This document shows positions 1 to 9,224 of a stretch of 64,000 nucleotides of DNA, in pieces. Positions within the stretch are counted from its first letter, which is position 1; every line of letters starts with the position of its first letter. Made by a program: the position numbers and the translations under genes. Below the pieces are notes generated by a model. That model searched no databases, was not told where the DNA came from, and saw only the letters and a list, made by a program, of their open reading frames with translations. The stretch lies in contig JBPOFF010000001.1 in assembly GCA_051251995.1 (NCBI GenBank), positions 355,190-419,189 of the forward strand, in the 5' to 3' direction. Source of the stretch: Sulfitobacter sp. (GTDB lineage Bacteria; Pseudomonadota; Alphaproteobacteria; Rhodobacterales; Rhodobacteraceae).

Positions 1-276
1 TTTGGCAAACCGGATCAACACATCCTTGCGCGCTGATGGGTGTAGGCGTGACCAGTGCCCCTCCTCAAAGGCTTCGCGGGCCTTGGATACCGCAAAATCC
101 ACGTCTTGGGCTCCGCACGCGGCAATATCCGCCAGGTGATCACCCGTGGCAGGGTTTATCGTGGCAAATGTGTTGCCAGACATAGCAGGGCGGTACGATC
201 CGTCCACAAAGGCCGCTGTTGGAAAGTCCAGCCCGGCAGCAAGCGAAGCGTATTCTTCTTTTGTCAACAATCCCAT
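1..276 (-). CDS. Aldehyde dehydrogenase (PuuC-like), 5' part only, runs off the left edge
   Basis: Not in the ORF track; manual translation from ATG 276 gives MGLLTKEEYASLAAGLDFPTAAFVDGSYRPAMSGNTFATINPATGDHLADIAACGAQDVDFAVSKAREAFEEGHWSRLHPSARKDVLIRFAK, a typical ALDH N-terminus (NPATG, DVDxAV..AR.AF). Confidence 0.9.
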   Translation of the reverse strand, partial: MGLLTKEEYASLAAGLDFPTAAFVDGSYRPAMSGNTFATINPATGDHLADIAACGAQDVDFAVSKAREAFEEGHWSRLHPSARKDVLIRFAK

Positions 277-280
277 GATC

Positions 281-1198
281 TTAACCCTCTGCCTGAATAT
301 GTGCGATGGTGGTTTTCAACACGCGCACCACCTCATCAAGGCTGCGTTTGTCGTCTTTGTTCAGCGGTTTGAGCGGTGCCATCATACCGCCTGTATCAAC
401 CCCCGCCATTGTCGTGCCATGCTTAACACTGGCGACAAATTTCCCGCCCTGTTCAAGCACCCGCATCAGCGGCATCATTGCAGACATGATCCGGCGCCCC
501 TTGGCGAAATCGCCCTGCACGGCACAGGCCTCGTACAGTGCCACATGTTCGCGCGGCAGGAAATTTGACCCCGCACAGACCCAGGACCGCGCCCCCCATG
601 CAAAAAACTCTAGCGCCTGATCATCCATGCCACAGGACATTTGAATATGAGGATAATCCCGCGCCAACAGATGCACACGGTTGATATCACCGCTGCTTTC
701 TTTGATCGCACAAATGTTGCGACTGCGCCCAACCCGGTCCAGAAACTCTTCGCCCATGTTCACGCCCATCCGGCCGGGATAGTTATACAGCATCACCGGC
801 AGGTTCGCCGCGCGATCAATCGCCAATGCATTCAGCGCATTTTCTTGCTCAGTCGGGACCGAATAGGGCGGCGTGCCAAGCAGGATCGCATCTGCCCTCA
901 TCTCACGCGCACCAGTGGCTAAAACAATGGAATCGGGCGTCCGCATGGAGCCGGTCCCAACAATCAGCGGCACACGCCCTTTGATCTGGTCCTTGGTGAA
1001 CCGTGCAAGTGCCAGCCGTTCTTCGACAGTCTGCGCATAGTTTTCTCCGGTGGAGCCACCAGAAATGATGCCATGCACGCCTGCATCAATCAGATGTTCA
1101 ACCTGATCCACCAAACCATCTTGATTAAAGCTGCCATCGGCGTTCAATGGTGTGACAATCGGGGTATAAATCCCCTCAAACTTGAAAATCGGTGTCAT
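281..1198 (-). CDS. Dihydrodipicolinate synthase (DHDPS/NAL) family class I aldolase/deaminase
   Basis: GSTGE motif, LYNYPGR, Schiff-base Lys in AIKESSGD; start moved to ATG 1198 (MTPIFKF), which overlaps the GntR stop as ATGA. Confidence 0.9.
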   Translation of the reverse strand: MTPIFKFEGIYTPIVTPLNADGSFNQDGLVDQVEHLIDAGVHGIISGGSTGENYAQTVEERLALARFTKDQIKGRVPLIVGTGSMRTPDSIVLATGAREMRADAILLGTPPYSVPTEQENALNALAIDRAANLPVMLYNYPGRMGVNMGEEFLDRVGRSRNICAIKESSGDINRVHLLARDYPHIQMSCGMDDQALEFFAWGARSWVCAGSNFLPREHVALYEACAVQGDFAKGRRIMSAMMPLMRVLEQGGKFVASVKHGTTMAGVDTGGMMAPLKPLNKDDKRSLDEVVRVLKTTIAHIQAEG

Positions 1199-1908
1199 AG
1201 CGTCCTCATCTTTGGCGCAGCAACCGCACCCAGTTGCAAATCCAGCCCCGTGGGCATCACAAATTGTTCGATACGGCCCCGCGACAGGTTCCAATGGTCA
1301 ATCGCCAGCGCCGCGGCAGCATTTTCATCCCCCGATTCAATCGCGGCGATGATGGCGTCGTGTTGCTCGCTGGCGCGGGTCAGGTTTTCGGCCATTTCAG
1401 TATCTTGAGGTCTGAAAAACGTCATCGAGATACGGGCGTGATCAATCAACAGGCGCTGGAAACTGGGCAAGAGATAGATGTTTCCGGCCATCTGACCTGT
1501 CACCTCATGGAAATGATTGTTGGCCAAGGCGCGTGCAGCAATGTCACCTCCACGCAGCGCTTTTTTGAATGCAACCTGTGCGTCTTTCAGCTTGGCAATC
1601 TGCAAATCTTGAGCATTTTGCGCGGCCAACCGCAGCACGGCACCATAGATCATCGGTGCCGCAAGAAAGAAATCGCGTAGGGTGCGATGGCTCATTTCAG
1701 AGACGCGGGCACCCCGGTTGGCACGGATATCCAAGAAACCTTCGCCAGCCAGTTGCCGCAGCACGTCGCGCAACGGTGTGCGAGACAGACCCCATTGTTC
1801 TGACAATGTGGCCTCATCCAGATCAGCGCCGGGTGCTAATTCCTGAGTGAGGATCGCATGGCGTAGATGATACAATACGTCGGATTTGGTAAACTTCGTT
1901 GCTGCCAT
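1195..1908 (-). CDS. GntR (FadR-subfamily, FCD domain) transcriptional regulator
   Basis: wHTH LDEATLSEQWGLSRTPLRDVL; FCD features NNHFH and EQHDAIIAAIESGD. Confidence 0.92.
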   Translation of the reverse strand: MAATKFTKSDVLYHLRHAILTQELAPGADLDEATLSEQWGLSRTPLRDVLRQLAGEGFLDIRANRGARVSEMSHRTLRDFFLAAPMIYGAVLRLAAQNAQDLQIAKLKDAQVAFKKALRGGDIAARALANNHFHEVTGQMAGNIYLLPSFQRLLIDHARISMTFFRPQDTEMAENLTRASEQHDAIIAAIESGDENAAAALAIDHWNLSRGRIEQFVMPTGLDLQLGAVAAPKMRTL

Positions 1909-1961
1909 TATCCCCTGCCCTCAAATGACGACTCACTCGCTGAGTCGAGGCAGGCTTAACA

Positions 1962-1982
1962 TTGAATACAATTTGTGTACAA
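1962..1982. promoter_or_regulatory. Tandem GntR/FadR-type operator
   Basis: TTGAATACAA (1962-1971) and TTGTGTACAA (1973-1982), each one mismatch from the palindrome TTGTATACAA, just upstream of the GntR gene. Confidence 0.6.
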
Positions 1983-1987
1983 TATAA

Positions 1988-3022
1988 TTATTGATCGCCA
2001 ACACGCTGGCCGCGCCCCGGTGGCGGCACACCAGCATTTGCAGCCTCGCGCAATTCAGGGGTGTAAAACGTCTGTCGCGCGCGCCCGGCATGCTTTGACG
2101 CATAAAGAGCAATGTCAGCGTCCGACAACAGCGCTTCCATCGACGGATGTTCGCCCGATTGTATCCAAACTGTGCCGATGCTAGCAGATATCCGACATTC
2201 CTGCCCATTAAAGGGCACTGGCACCTCAAGGCGGTCTATTATGCGTCGACCAACACGGCGCAGGATGTCATCGCTGCTTACATCGGGCAAGATAACCGTG
2301 AATTCATCGCCGCCCACGCGGGCCACCACATCGGTTTCGCGGGTTTCCTCAACCATGATGCGGGCCACCGTTTGTAATACGTGGTCACCCGCCGCATGGC
2401 CTAACGTGTCATTAACCGCTTTGAAATAATCGAGATCAATGTGCATAACTGCAAAAGAAGAATTCCCCGCAACCAGCCGCGACAGGATCGTGTCCATCGC
2501 CCTGCGGTTCTTGAGGCCGGTCAATGTGTCGGTAAAGGCCTGCTCTTCTGCGGCAATCTTGGCGCCCTGCAAGCGCAGATTCAATCGGCGTGATGCCTCC
2601 ATCGCGGCGGTTTTTGCCTCAACCAGATAAAGCATTTCAATGGCAAGGTCGGTGGCCGCAAAATCTGCATTGGTCAGCGAATAATCCCGCACCCCGTCCA
2701 AGATAGAAATACCAAATGACAGGTTCACGATCACACTGCCATTGGTGGTTGGCACCATGATCCCTTTGAGTTCGGTGCGTGGCGCATCCCGAAGTTCGAG
2801 ATGAAGTTTCAGATCAGTTGCCCGCCGCAAATCGTCCATACAGGCAATGGACCGGGGCCGTTTGACGATAAACACTTCCAAAAACCGCTGCCCAATCATC
2901 GGCGCATCAGAGCGCATTTTTTGAATGGTTGGCCCCGCGTGGGTAATATGGCCCGTTTCATTTAGCGTCAGATGCATGGGGCACAGCACATCAAGGACAG
3001 CCTCAGATAATGTCGCGCTCAT
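1988..3022 (-). CDS. Diguanylate cyclase (HNOBA/PAS-like N-terminus plus GGDEF domain)
   Basis: TDTLTGLKNRR, IDLDYFKAVNDTLGHAAGD, RETD I-site and GGDEF; coupled to the H-NOX-like gene. Confidence 0.93.
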   Translation of the reverse strand: MSATLSEAVLDVLCPMHLTLNETGHITHAGPTIQKMRSDAPMIGQRFLEVFIVKRPRSIACMDDLRRATDLKLHLELRDAPRTELKGIMVPTTNGSVIVNLSFGISILDGVRDYSLTNADFAATDLAIEMLYLVEAKTAAMEASRRLNLRLQGAKIAAEEQAFTDTLTGLKNRRAMDTILSRLVAGNSSFAVMHIDLDYFKAVNDTLGHAAGDHVLQTVARIMVEETRETDVVARVGGDEFTVILPDVSSDDILRRVGRRIIDRLEVPVPFNGQECRISASIGTVWIQSGEHPSMEALLSDADIALYASKHAGRARQTFYTPELREAANAGVPPPGRGQRVGDQ

Positions 3023-3606
3023 CCGACCCGCGCCCCCAAATCAAATTGGCGTCCTTGAGAAAACTCGGCCTCAACCAGCATGATGGACACGGTTTCGATG
3101 CCCTGCCCGCCGCCTGTATGTTCCAATAGTGCAAGCGCCCCGTAATCATCCGCCATCACCCGCAGGATGCCCATCATCACATGCCCGTATCCCGAAACAG
3201 GCGCATCACAGATCAAGCTGAACTGACCATCCGCATGTTCGCGCAATTCAATGCGTGGCAAGTTCAGATCAGAAACAGCAAGCCGGGCGCGGTCCGGCAA
3301 ATCATCCAAGGAATGCAGGAAATCTTCAAAATTGACGCCGCCAAAGCGTAACAATCGGCGAACCGCTTCGAAACTGGGGTGTGACACAAGGTAGGTGCCA
3401 AAGTCTTCCATCACTTCATCGCGGGGACGGCCCAAAACCTGCGACATGGCATCAAGAATGCGCGGTGTCAGCGCATCATCATAGGTCAACATCGCCTCAA
3501 ATTCGACAAAGTCGAGATCAGCGCGTTGGGTCGTCTCAACCCATATGTCGGTCCCGTAACTGTCACAAACAAACGTCTGTATGCTGCGGTTGATAAGCCC
3601 GTGCAT
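3019..3606 (-). CDS. H-NOX (heme-NO/oxygen binding) family protein, degenerate
   Basis: MHGLIN...YG..IW N-terminus and FG.Y...FL.SLD pattern; canonical proximal His and YxSxR not evident. Confidence 0.85.
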   Translation of the reverse strand: MHGLINRSIQTFVCDSYGTDIWVETTQRADLDFVEFEAMLTYDDALTPRILDAMSQVLGRPRDEVMEDFGTYLVSHPSFEAVRRLLRFGGVNFEDFLHSLDDLPDRARLAVSDLNLPRIELREHADGQFSLICDAPVSGYGHVMMGILRVMADDYGALALLEHTGGGQGIETVSIMLVEAEFSQGRQFDLGARVG

Positions 3607-3923
3607 GGCTGCGTTACTCCCAATTAACCCGAGGGCAACATGGGGTGAAAGGGGTTAAGATATGACTGATATATGGGATTTTAGGTATTTTGAGTGGCTA
3701 AGGATTGATGTGATACGACACACAATGCTGATATCGCTTCACGCCTCGATATCATCCATTAAGATGTTTGGGGGCGGCACCCTACGGTGTCTTCGTCAAA
3801 CAGAGATCCTGTCATTGGCCACTGCCGGAGGAAAAGTCCTCTTAACCACAGCAGGCAAGAACGGATTTAACCCGAAGATATCTAAACTGTTCGGCAGGAT
3901 ATTCTAAGGGGCCACGCCAGACC

Positions 3924-5483
3924 TCAAAAATCCGTCGGAGCCCCGCCTTCTGCCTTACGCCGTGCCACGAAATCCGCTAGTTCATCACGGATGGCCACGT
4001 CCATCGGCGGCTCTTCAAAGCTGGCGACGATCTCTTTGAACATGTGGTGTGCGCGTTCTGCTGTCCAAATACCACCTGCGACTTCCCAGCCTTCAAAATT
4101 GCGCCAATCACTCAGAAACGGTTGGTAAAATGCCTTTTCATAGCGGTCTTGGGTGTGTTGAATGCCAAAGAAGTGGCCCTGATTGCCAACTGATTTGATT
4201 GCATCCAACGCGATCTCATCTGGCCCCGTCGCACAAATTTCGGGCTGCATGTACCGTTGAATTTGCTGCAAAACCTCGCAATCCATGATGAATTTTTCGG
4301 GTGAGGCAATCAGCCCACCCTCAAGCCAACCTGCCGCGTGATAGACCATGTTGGTGCCCGATTGCACCGCCGCCCAGAGCGAGTTTGAGGTTTCCCACAT
4401 CGCCTGCCCATCCGGCACGTTGGCCGCACACACACCCGAGGACCGCATCGGCAGATCATAAAACCGCGCCAATTGCCCGGTCATCTGGGTCGCGCGCATG
4501 TATTCGGGTGTCCCAAAGGCCGGCGCACCTGATTTCATATCGACGTTTGAGGTGAATGTGCCAATCGCGCAGGGGCAGCCGGGGCGCACAATCTGCGCCA
4601 AAACCACGGCACAAAGCGCCTCAGCCAACGATTGCGCCACGGCACCGGACATCGTCACCGGGGCCATTGCACCCGCCAGCGTAAAGGGCGTCACAACCAA
4701 CCCCTGCCCACGCTTTGCCATTCGGATCCAACCATCCATCATCGGCAGGTCGTGTTTCAGCGGCGAGGTGGAGTTGATGTTGGTATACATACAAGGTGTT
4801 GCATCAAATTCGTCATGGGTCATGCCGCCCGCGATGCGCACCATTTCCATGACGTCTTCGACACGTTCGCGGCCCAAAGAATAGGCGTGCATGACCTTGT
4901 CAGTGATCGTCAGCTTGTCAAACAGCACATCCAGATGCCGCACAGAAGCATGCACATCCACAGGTTCCACCGGATAGCCGCCGGCAAAATGGATACAGTT
5001 GAAATACTGGGTCAGGCGCAGCAGATTCTTACACATCTCGCGGGTGCCCGGAACCTTTTTGCCAATGGCCATGTCAAAATAGTTGGGCGGTGATGATACG
5101 TTGCCAAAGACAAGGTTCTTGCCGCCAATGGTGATCTTGCGGTCCTTATTGCGCGGGGTCAGGGTAAATTCGGACGGTGCTTTGCCGATCCACTCCATCA
5201 CGAAATCACGGCCCATGCGGACGTTTTCGCCATTTACGGTGCAACCCGCTTTTTTCAAGATGCCAAGCGCTTCGGGGTTCAGGAATTCAATCCCAATTTC
5301 TTCCAATATGCGCATCGCACCATCATGGATGGCCTCAACCCCCTCAGGGCCAAGAGGTTCTGTCGGACGGTCAATGTTTACCGGCGGATTCCACGGCATT
5401 TGTTCGATAACGGACGTGCCACGCCGATCTTGGGCGCCTGCGCGACCGCCGGTGCGTGATCTGCGTTTGGGTGCGTCTGCCAT
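3924..5483 (-). CDS. Trimethylamine methyltransferase MttB-superfamily protein (non-pyrrolysine)
   Basis: IH..AMRILEEIGI, INSTSPLKHD, GAMAPVT..GA..Q, VDMKSGAPAFGTPE, HAAGWLEGGL; no in-frame amber codon; start ATG 5483 after a GGAGG RBS. Confidence 0.92.
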   Translation of the reverse strand: MADAPKRRSRTGGRAGAQDRRGTSVIEQMPWNPPVNIDRPTEPLGPEGVEAIHDGAMRILEEIGIEFLNPEALGILKKAGCTVNGENVRMGRDFVMEWIGKAPSEFTLTPRNKDRKITIGGKNLVFGNVSSPPNYFDMAIGKKVPGTREMCKNLLRLTQYFNCIHFAGGYPVEPVDVHASVRHLDVLFDKLTITDKVMHAYSLGRERVEDVMEMVRIAGGMTHDEFDATPCMYTNINSTSPLKHDLPMMDGWIRMAKRGQGLVVTPFTLAGAMAPVTMSGAVAQSLAEALCAVVLAQIVRPGCPCAIGTFTSNVDMKSGAPAFGTPEYMRATQMTGQLARFYDLPMRSSGVCAANVPDGQAMWETSNSLWAAVQSGTNMVYHAAGWLEGGLIASPEKFIMDCEVLQQIQRYMQPEICATGPDEIALDAIKSVGNQGHFFGIQHTQDRYEKAFYQPFLSDWRNFEGWEVAGGIWTAERAHHMFKEIVASFEEPPMDVAIRDELADFVARRKAEGGAPTDF

Positions 5484-5601
5484 ATCCTGTCCTCCTGAAA
5501 CGTTACACCAGAAGGCCCGACACTCAGACCCCAAACATTTCTATTCGCGACGATAGATGTCGTTTTCTTCTCAGGAAGGTCGATTATTAGCGTATTGATT
5601 T

Positions 5602-6315
5602 TTAGGCGTCGTTGCCATCCAGCCATTCGGGAATATGGCCGATGTCAGGCAGCACAACATCGGCATGCGGGGCCAACTCATCGGTTAGTGCAAGACCTGT
5701 GAGGACCGCAATGCAGGTCATACCTGCCGCCCTGCCTGCGCGCATGTCATGGGTGCTGTCGCCCACCATCCCAACCGTTTCGGGGGCAAGGCCGCATTGG
5801 GCCGCAAAAGCCAGCAATTGCCCCGGTGCTGGCTTTCCCCCATGGCCGCTGTCAAACCCTGCGATGAAATCAAACATCCCTGTTACACCCGCCTGCGCCA
5901 GATGCGCGCGCGCCGGGGCTTCGGCATCGTTGGTGGCAACACCCAATTTCAGCCCGCGCGCTTTTAAGGACGTTAACAATTCTGTCAAAGGCACAGCTTC
6001 GCGTTGCGGGGCGTTCTCCGCCTCTTCATTCAGCATGTTGAGCAACTGGGTATCTGAAAGGTGTTTGAAATGCGGTTTGAGAGCCGCGGCAATTTCGCCC
6101 GCTGTCCCAGCGATGACCACACTGTCCTGCTGAAACTTCTGTGCCACAAAATCAAAGCCTATTTCTGCCCCAACGCGTGTCGCGTAAGCCGCGTCACCGC
6201 CTGTGGCGCGACTTAGAAACGCGACGGCCCAAGCCTCCCACGTGGCCGCGAAATCAAACAACGTGCCATCCTTATCAAAGATCAAGCCCTTGATATTACT
6301 TCTATTAAAACTCAT
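5602..6315 (-). CDS. HAD-superfamily hydrolase (phosphoglycolate phosphatase-like)
   Basis: FDKDGTL motif I, VATND, KP, VGDS..D; ATG 6315 overlaps the DUF3572 stop. Confidence 0.9.
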   Translation of the reverse strand: MSFNRSNIKGLIFDKDGTLFDFAATWEAWAVAFLSRATGGDAAYATRVGAEIGFDFVAQKFQQDSVVIAGTAGEIAAALKPHFKHLSDTQLLNMLNEEAENAPQREAVPLTELLTSLKARGLKLGVATNDAEAPARAHLAQAGVTGMFDFIAGFDSGHGGKPAPGQLLAFAAQCGLAPETVGMVGDSTHDMRAGRAAGMTCIAVLTGLALTDELAPHADVVLPDIGHIPEWLDGNDA

Positions 6316-6596
6316 GTCCAATTCACCTGTTCACCACCCGGCAATGCCGCGCGGGCTTGCATAATCCGTTCGTAGGGTAATGTCGCACAATCGCAAAATG
6401 CGATCACCCATGCATCATCCATCATCAAAAAGTCCAGCACCGCGCCCAAAAACAGCGGATCGGCGGCCTGTGTGCGCAGGTCACTTTCTGAGGCACCTGT
6501 GCTGGCCAGAAAGGTTGGCAGCAGGTCATCGTTGGACGCCAACCACCCCAGTACCTGCAATCCCAATGTCTCGGCGGAATCTCGCGTAAATGCCAT
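6312..6596 (-). CDS. DUF3572 family protein
   Basis: AETLGLQVLGWLA...FL..TG...LR...ADP.FLGAVLDFL; divergent from a pleD-like gene, a typical alphaproteobacterial arrangement. Confidence 0.8.
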   Translation of the reverse strand: MAFTRDSAETLGLQVLGWLASNDDLLPTFLASTGASESDLRTQAADPLFLGAVLDFLMMDDAWVIAFCDCATLPYERIMQARAALPGGEQVNWT

Positions 6597-6703
6597 AGGC
6601 CCTGTTCGTTTTGTCTGAATTGCTCAATATCGAAACGCTTTGTTAACCAATAAGCGCAATTACAGAAGCATGAAATGTATTTTTACAGCGGGAGGATAAC
6701 CTC

Positions 6704-8107
6704 GTGCAGGGTAAAATCCTCATCGTGGATGCCATTGCAACCAACCGGATTGTGTTAAAGGTAAAACTTACCTCTGCATTCTATCAGGTTGTTCAGGCGT
6801 CTTCGGTTGCTGAGGCAGCCCAGCTTGCGCGAAGCCACAATCCTCAACTGATTATCAGCGCCATATCATTGCCAGATGGTGATGCGGCCGAACTGTGTGC
6901 GTTGTTGCGGCAATCACCGCTCACGGAACATATTCCAATGATGGCAATTGGCTGCCGTCCAAATGCAGACACACGGATCGCCACACTAGAGGCTGGTGTA
7001 CATGACGTGATCCTGAAACCGGTTGACGATACATTGTTGTTGGGCCGAGTGCGCAGCTTAATCCGGGCGCATAATGCAGCAGCTGAATGGCAAATGCGCG
7101 AGGATACCAGCCGCGCGCTTGGGCTGGCCGAACCGTCAACCGACTTTGAACCCATTTGCCATTGCGTATTTGTCAGTTCCGGTCAGGCAAAAACCCATGG
7201 TTGGGCCGCGCAATTACGGCCCTTAATGCGGACGAAAATTGTTTGTGCGACCGCCAAGGACACCATGCAAACCATTGAAGGTCAGGCAGTTCCAGATGTC
7301 TTTGTTCTTGTCCTGCCAGAGGATCATCAAGAAGGGATTGCAGCACTGAACCTTATTTCAACCCTGCGGGCGAACGCCAGTACGTGCCATGCCGGGGTTT
7401 TGGTGCTGCAAACCACGCCAAATTCAGTACTTGCCACCAACGCGCTTGATCTGGGCGCAGATGATCTGATGACTGATGGTTTTGAACCAGCGGAAATGGC
7501 GCTCCGTCTCAAGGCGTTGTCACGGCGCAAGCGCATGGCCGAGCAGATGCGTGCAACTGTCCGCACCGGATTGCAGGCCGCTGTCGTTGATCCGCTGACC
7601 GGATTGTATAACCGCCGTTATGCCATGCCACATCTTTCACGCGCCGCCGATCATGCGCGCACGACCGGACGGCCCTTTGCGGTGATGGTGGCCGATCTGG
7701 ATCATTTCAAACGCATTAACGACCTTCATGGTCATGCCTCTGGTGATGCTGTCCTGACCGAAGTTGCGCAACGATTGCGCAGGTCAATGCGCTCCGTTGA
7801 TATGGTTGCCCGAATTGGTGGTGAAGAGTTTATGGTGGTGATGCCAGGCACCACCCTTGCAGATGCACGTCTGGCTGCGGTTCGTATATGTAATGATATC
7901 AGCCAAGCCCCATTTGATATTCCCGGTCACACGCACCCCATTCAGGTGACAATCAGCATCGGCATGGCCATTGGTGGCGTCCTGACAAGTGATGATTTTC
8001 AAGACCACGACGAAAGCGAAGTACTGCTGGACCGGGCGGATAAGGCACTTTATTCCGCCAAAATACGTGGACGCAATCGTGTCACGCTGAGCCGTCCTGC
8101 CGCATGA
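6704..8107 (+). CDS. pleD: PleD-like REC-REC-GGDEF diguanylate cyclase
   Basis: Two receiver-like domains; DPLTGLYNRRY, DLDHFKRINDLHGH, RSVD I-site, GGEEF; GTG start after GGAGG. Confidence 0.88.
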   Translation: MQGKILIVDAIATNRIVLKVKLTSAFYQVVQASSVAEAAQLARSHNPQLIISAISLPDGDAAELCALLRQSPLTEHIPMMAIGCRPNADTRIATLEAGVHDVILKPVDDTLLLGRVRSLIRAHNAAAEWQMREDTSRALGLAEPSTDFEPICHCVFVSSGQAKTHGWAAQLRPLMRTKIVCATAKDTMQTIEGQAVPDVFVLVLPEDHQEGIAALNLISTLRANASTCHAGVLVLQTTPNSVLATNALDLGADDLMTDGFEPAEMALRLKALSRRKRMAEQMRATVRTGLQAAVVDPLTGLYNRRYAMPHLSRAADHARTTGRPFAVMVADLDHFKRINDLHGHASGDAVLTEVAQRLRRSMRSVDMVARIGGEEFMVVMPGTTLADARLAAVRICNDISQAPFDIPGHTHPIQVTISIGMAIGGVLTSDDFQDHDESEVLLDRADKALYSAKIRGRNRVTLSRPAA

Positions 8108-8300
8108 AAAACCATACCAATGCCAGTACATACGGTTGATTTCTTTAACATCATCCTGTTGGGCCTTAGGGTGATAGATCGACATTTCCACGTCTGAAAT
8201 AAACGACACCCAAACTGGATCATTTCACTTACAGTGTCGTCAAAAAACCCTACCGCAACCAATGATTGCAAAGGTCCTCCCCCCGCTCTAGCTTGCACAA

Positions 8301-9224
8301 ATGACGCAAGACAAACCAATCCTAGGAATCGCCCTGATGTTGGGTTTTTGCATTGTAGCCCCCATTGGGGATGCCATTGCAAAAATCTTGGGTGAATCGG
8401 TTCCGTTGGCTCAGGTAGTTCTGGTTCGGTTTGCATTGCAGGCCGTGATCCTCGTTCCGCTTGTCTGGACCACAGGGCGGCTGTGGCGGATGCGGGGGCG
8501 GGTTCTTGCATTAACCTTTATTCGCACGGTGCTACACATATTTGGCATTATAGCTATGTTCACGGCGCTCAAATATCTACCACTCGCTGATGCGGTGGCC
8601 ATCGCATTTGTTATGCCCTTTTTCATGTTGATACTGGGTAAATATGTCCTGAAAGAAGAAGTCGGGGCCCGGCGGTTGCTGGCTTGTACAGTTGGATTTA
8701 TTGGCACGTTACTGGTCATCCAGCCTAGCTTTGCCACCGTTGGATGGCCTGCGCTCTTGCCGGTCTTTGTGGCTGCGAATTTCTCGGTCTTCATGCTGAT
8801 CACCCGGCAAATCGCCAAGCAAACAGATCCAGTTGGCCTTCAAGCAGTCAGTGGCATCATGGCCGTTGGCATCATGGTGCCGCTGATCTGGCTCGGCGGT
8901 CAATTAAACGTTCCTGTGTTGACGACCATCACACCCAATGCTCAGGAATGGGGACTTCTTGTCACTATTGGCGTCTTGGGCACCGTTGCGCATCTGCTGA
9001 TGACATGGTCGCTCAGGTTTGCGCCCTCAGCCACCTTGGCCCCGATGCAATACCTCGAAATCCCATTTGCAACCCTGCTTGGGTTTGTGATTTTTCATGA
9101 CCTGCCTGACCCCCTTGCTGGTCTTGGGATCATCATCACAATCGCGGCCGGCCTTTATGTCATCCTGCGCGAACGGGCCACGGCGCGGGCTGTTGAGACA
9201 GTTGTTCAACAACCAGCGTTATAA
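8301..9224 (+). CDS. DMT/EamA family transporter
   Basis: About 10 hydrophobic segments, LPLADAVAIAFVMP and ATLAPMQYL repeats. Confidence 0.9.
   Translation: MTQDKPILGIALMLGFCIVAPIGDAIAKILGESVPLAQVVLVRFALQAVILVPLVWTTGRLWRMRGRVLALTFIRTVLHIFGIIAMFTALKYLPLADAVAIAFVMPFFMLILGKYVLKEEVGARRLLACTVGFIGTLLVIQPSFATVGWPALLPVFVAANFSVFMLITRQIAKQTDPVGLQAVSGIMAVGIMVPLIWLGGQLNVPVLTTITPNAQEWGLLVTIGVLGTVAHLLMTWSLRFAPSATLAPMQYLEIPFATLLGFVIFHDLPDPLAGLGIIITIAAGLYVILRERATARAVETVVQQPAL

Noticed and set aside
281-1198. Calling the DHDPS-family gene dapA
   Set aside because: Catabolic context (GntR, ALDH) and divergent motifs; symbol withheld.
3662-3907. 81-aa ORF and a GCCACTG element suggesting a cobalamin riboswitch
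   Set aside because: No convincing RBS or domain; the other B12-box elements are missing and the orientation does not fit the flanking genes.
8050-8511. Possible small gene (DUF983-like) after pleD
   Set aside because: No CxxC or DUF983 motifs in the frame provided; overlaps both neighbours.
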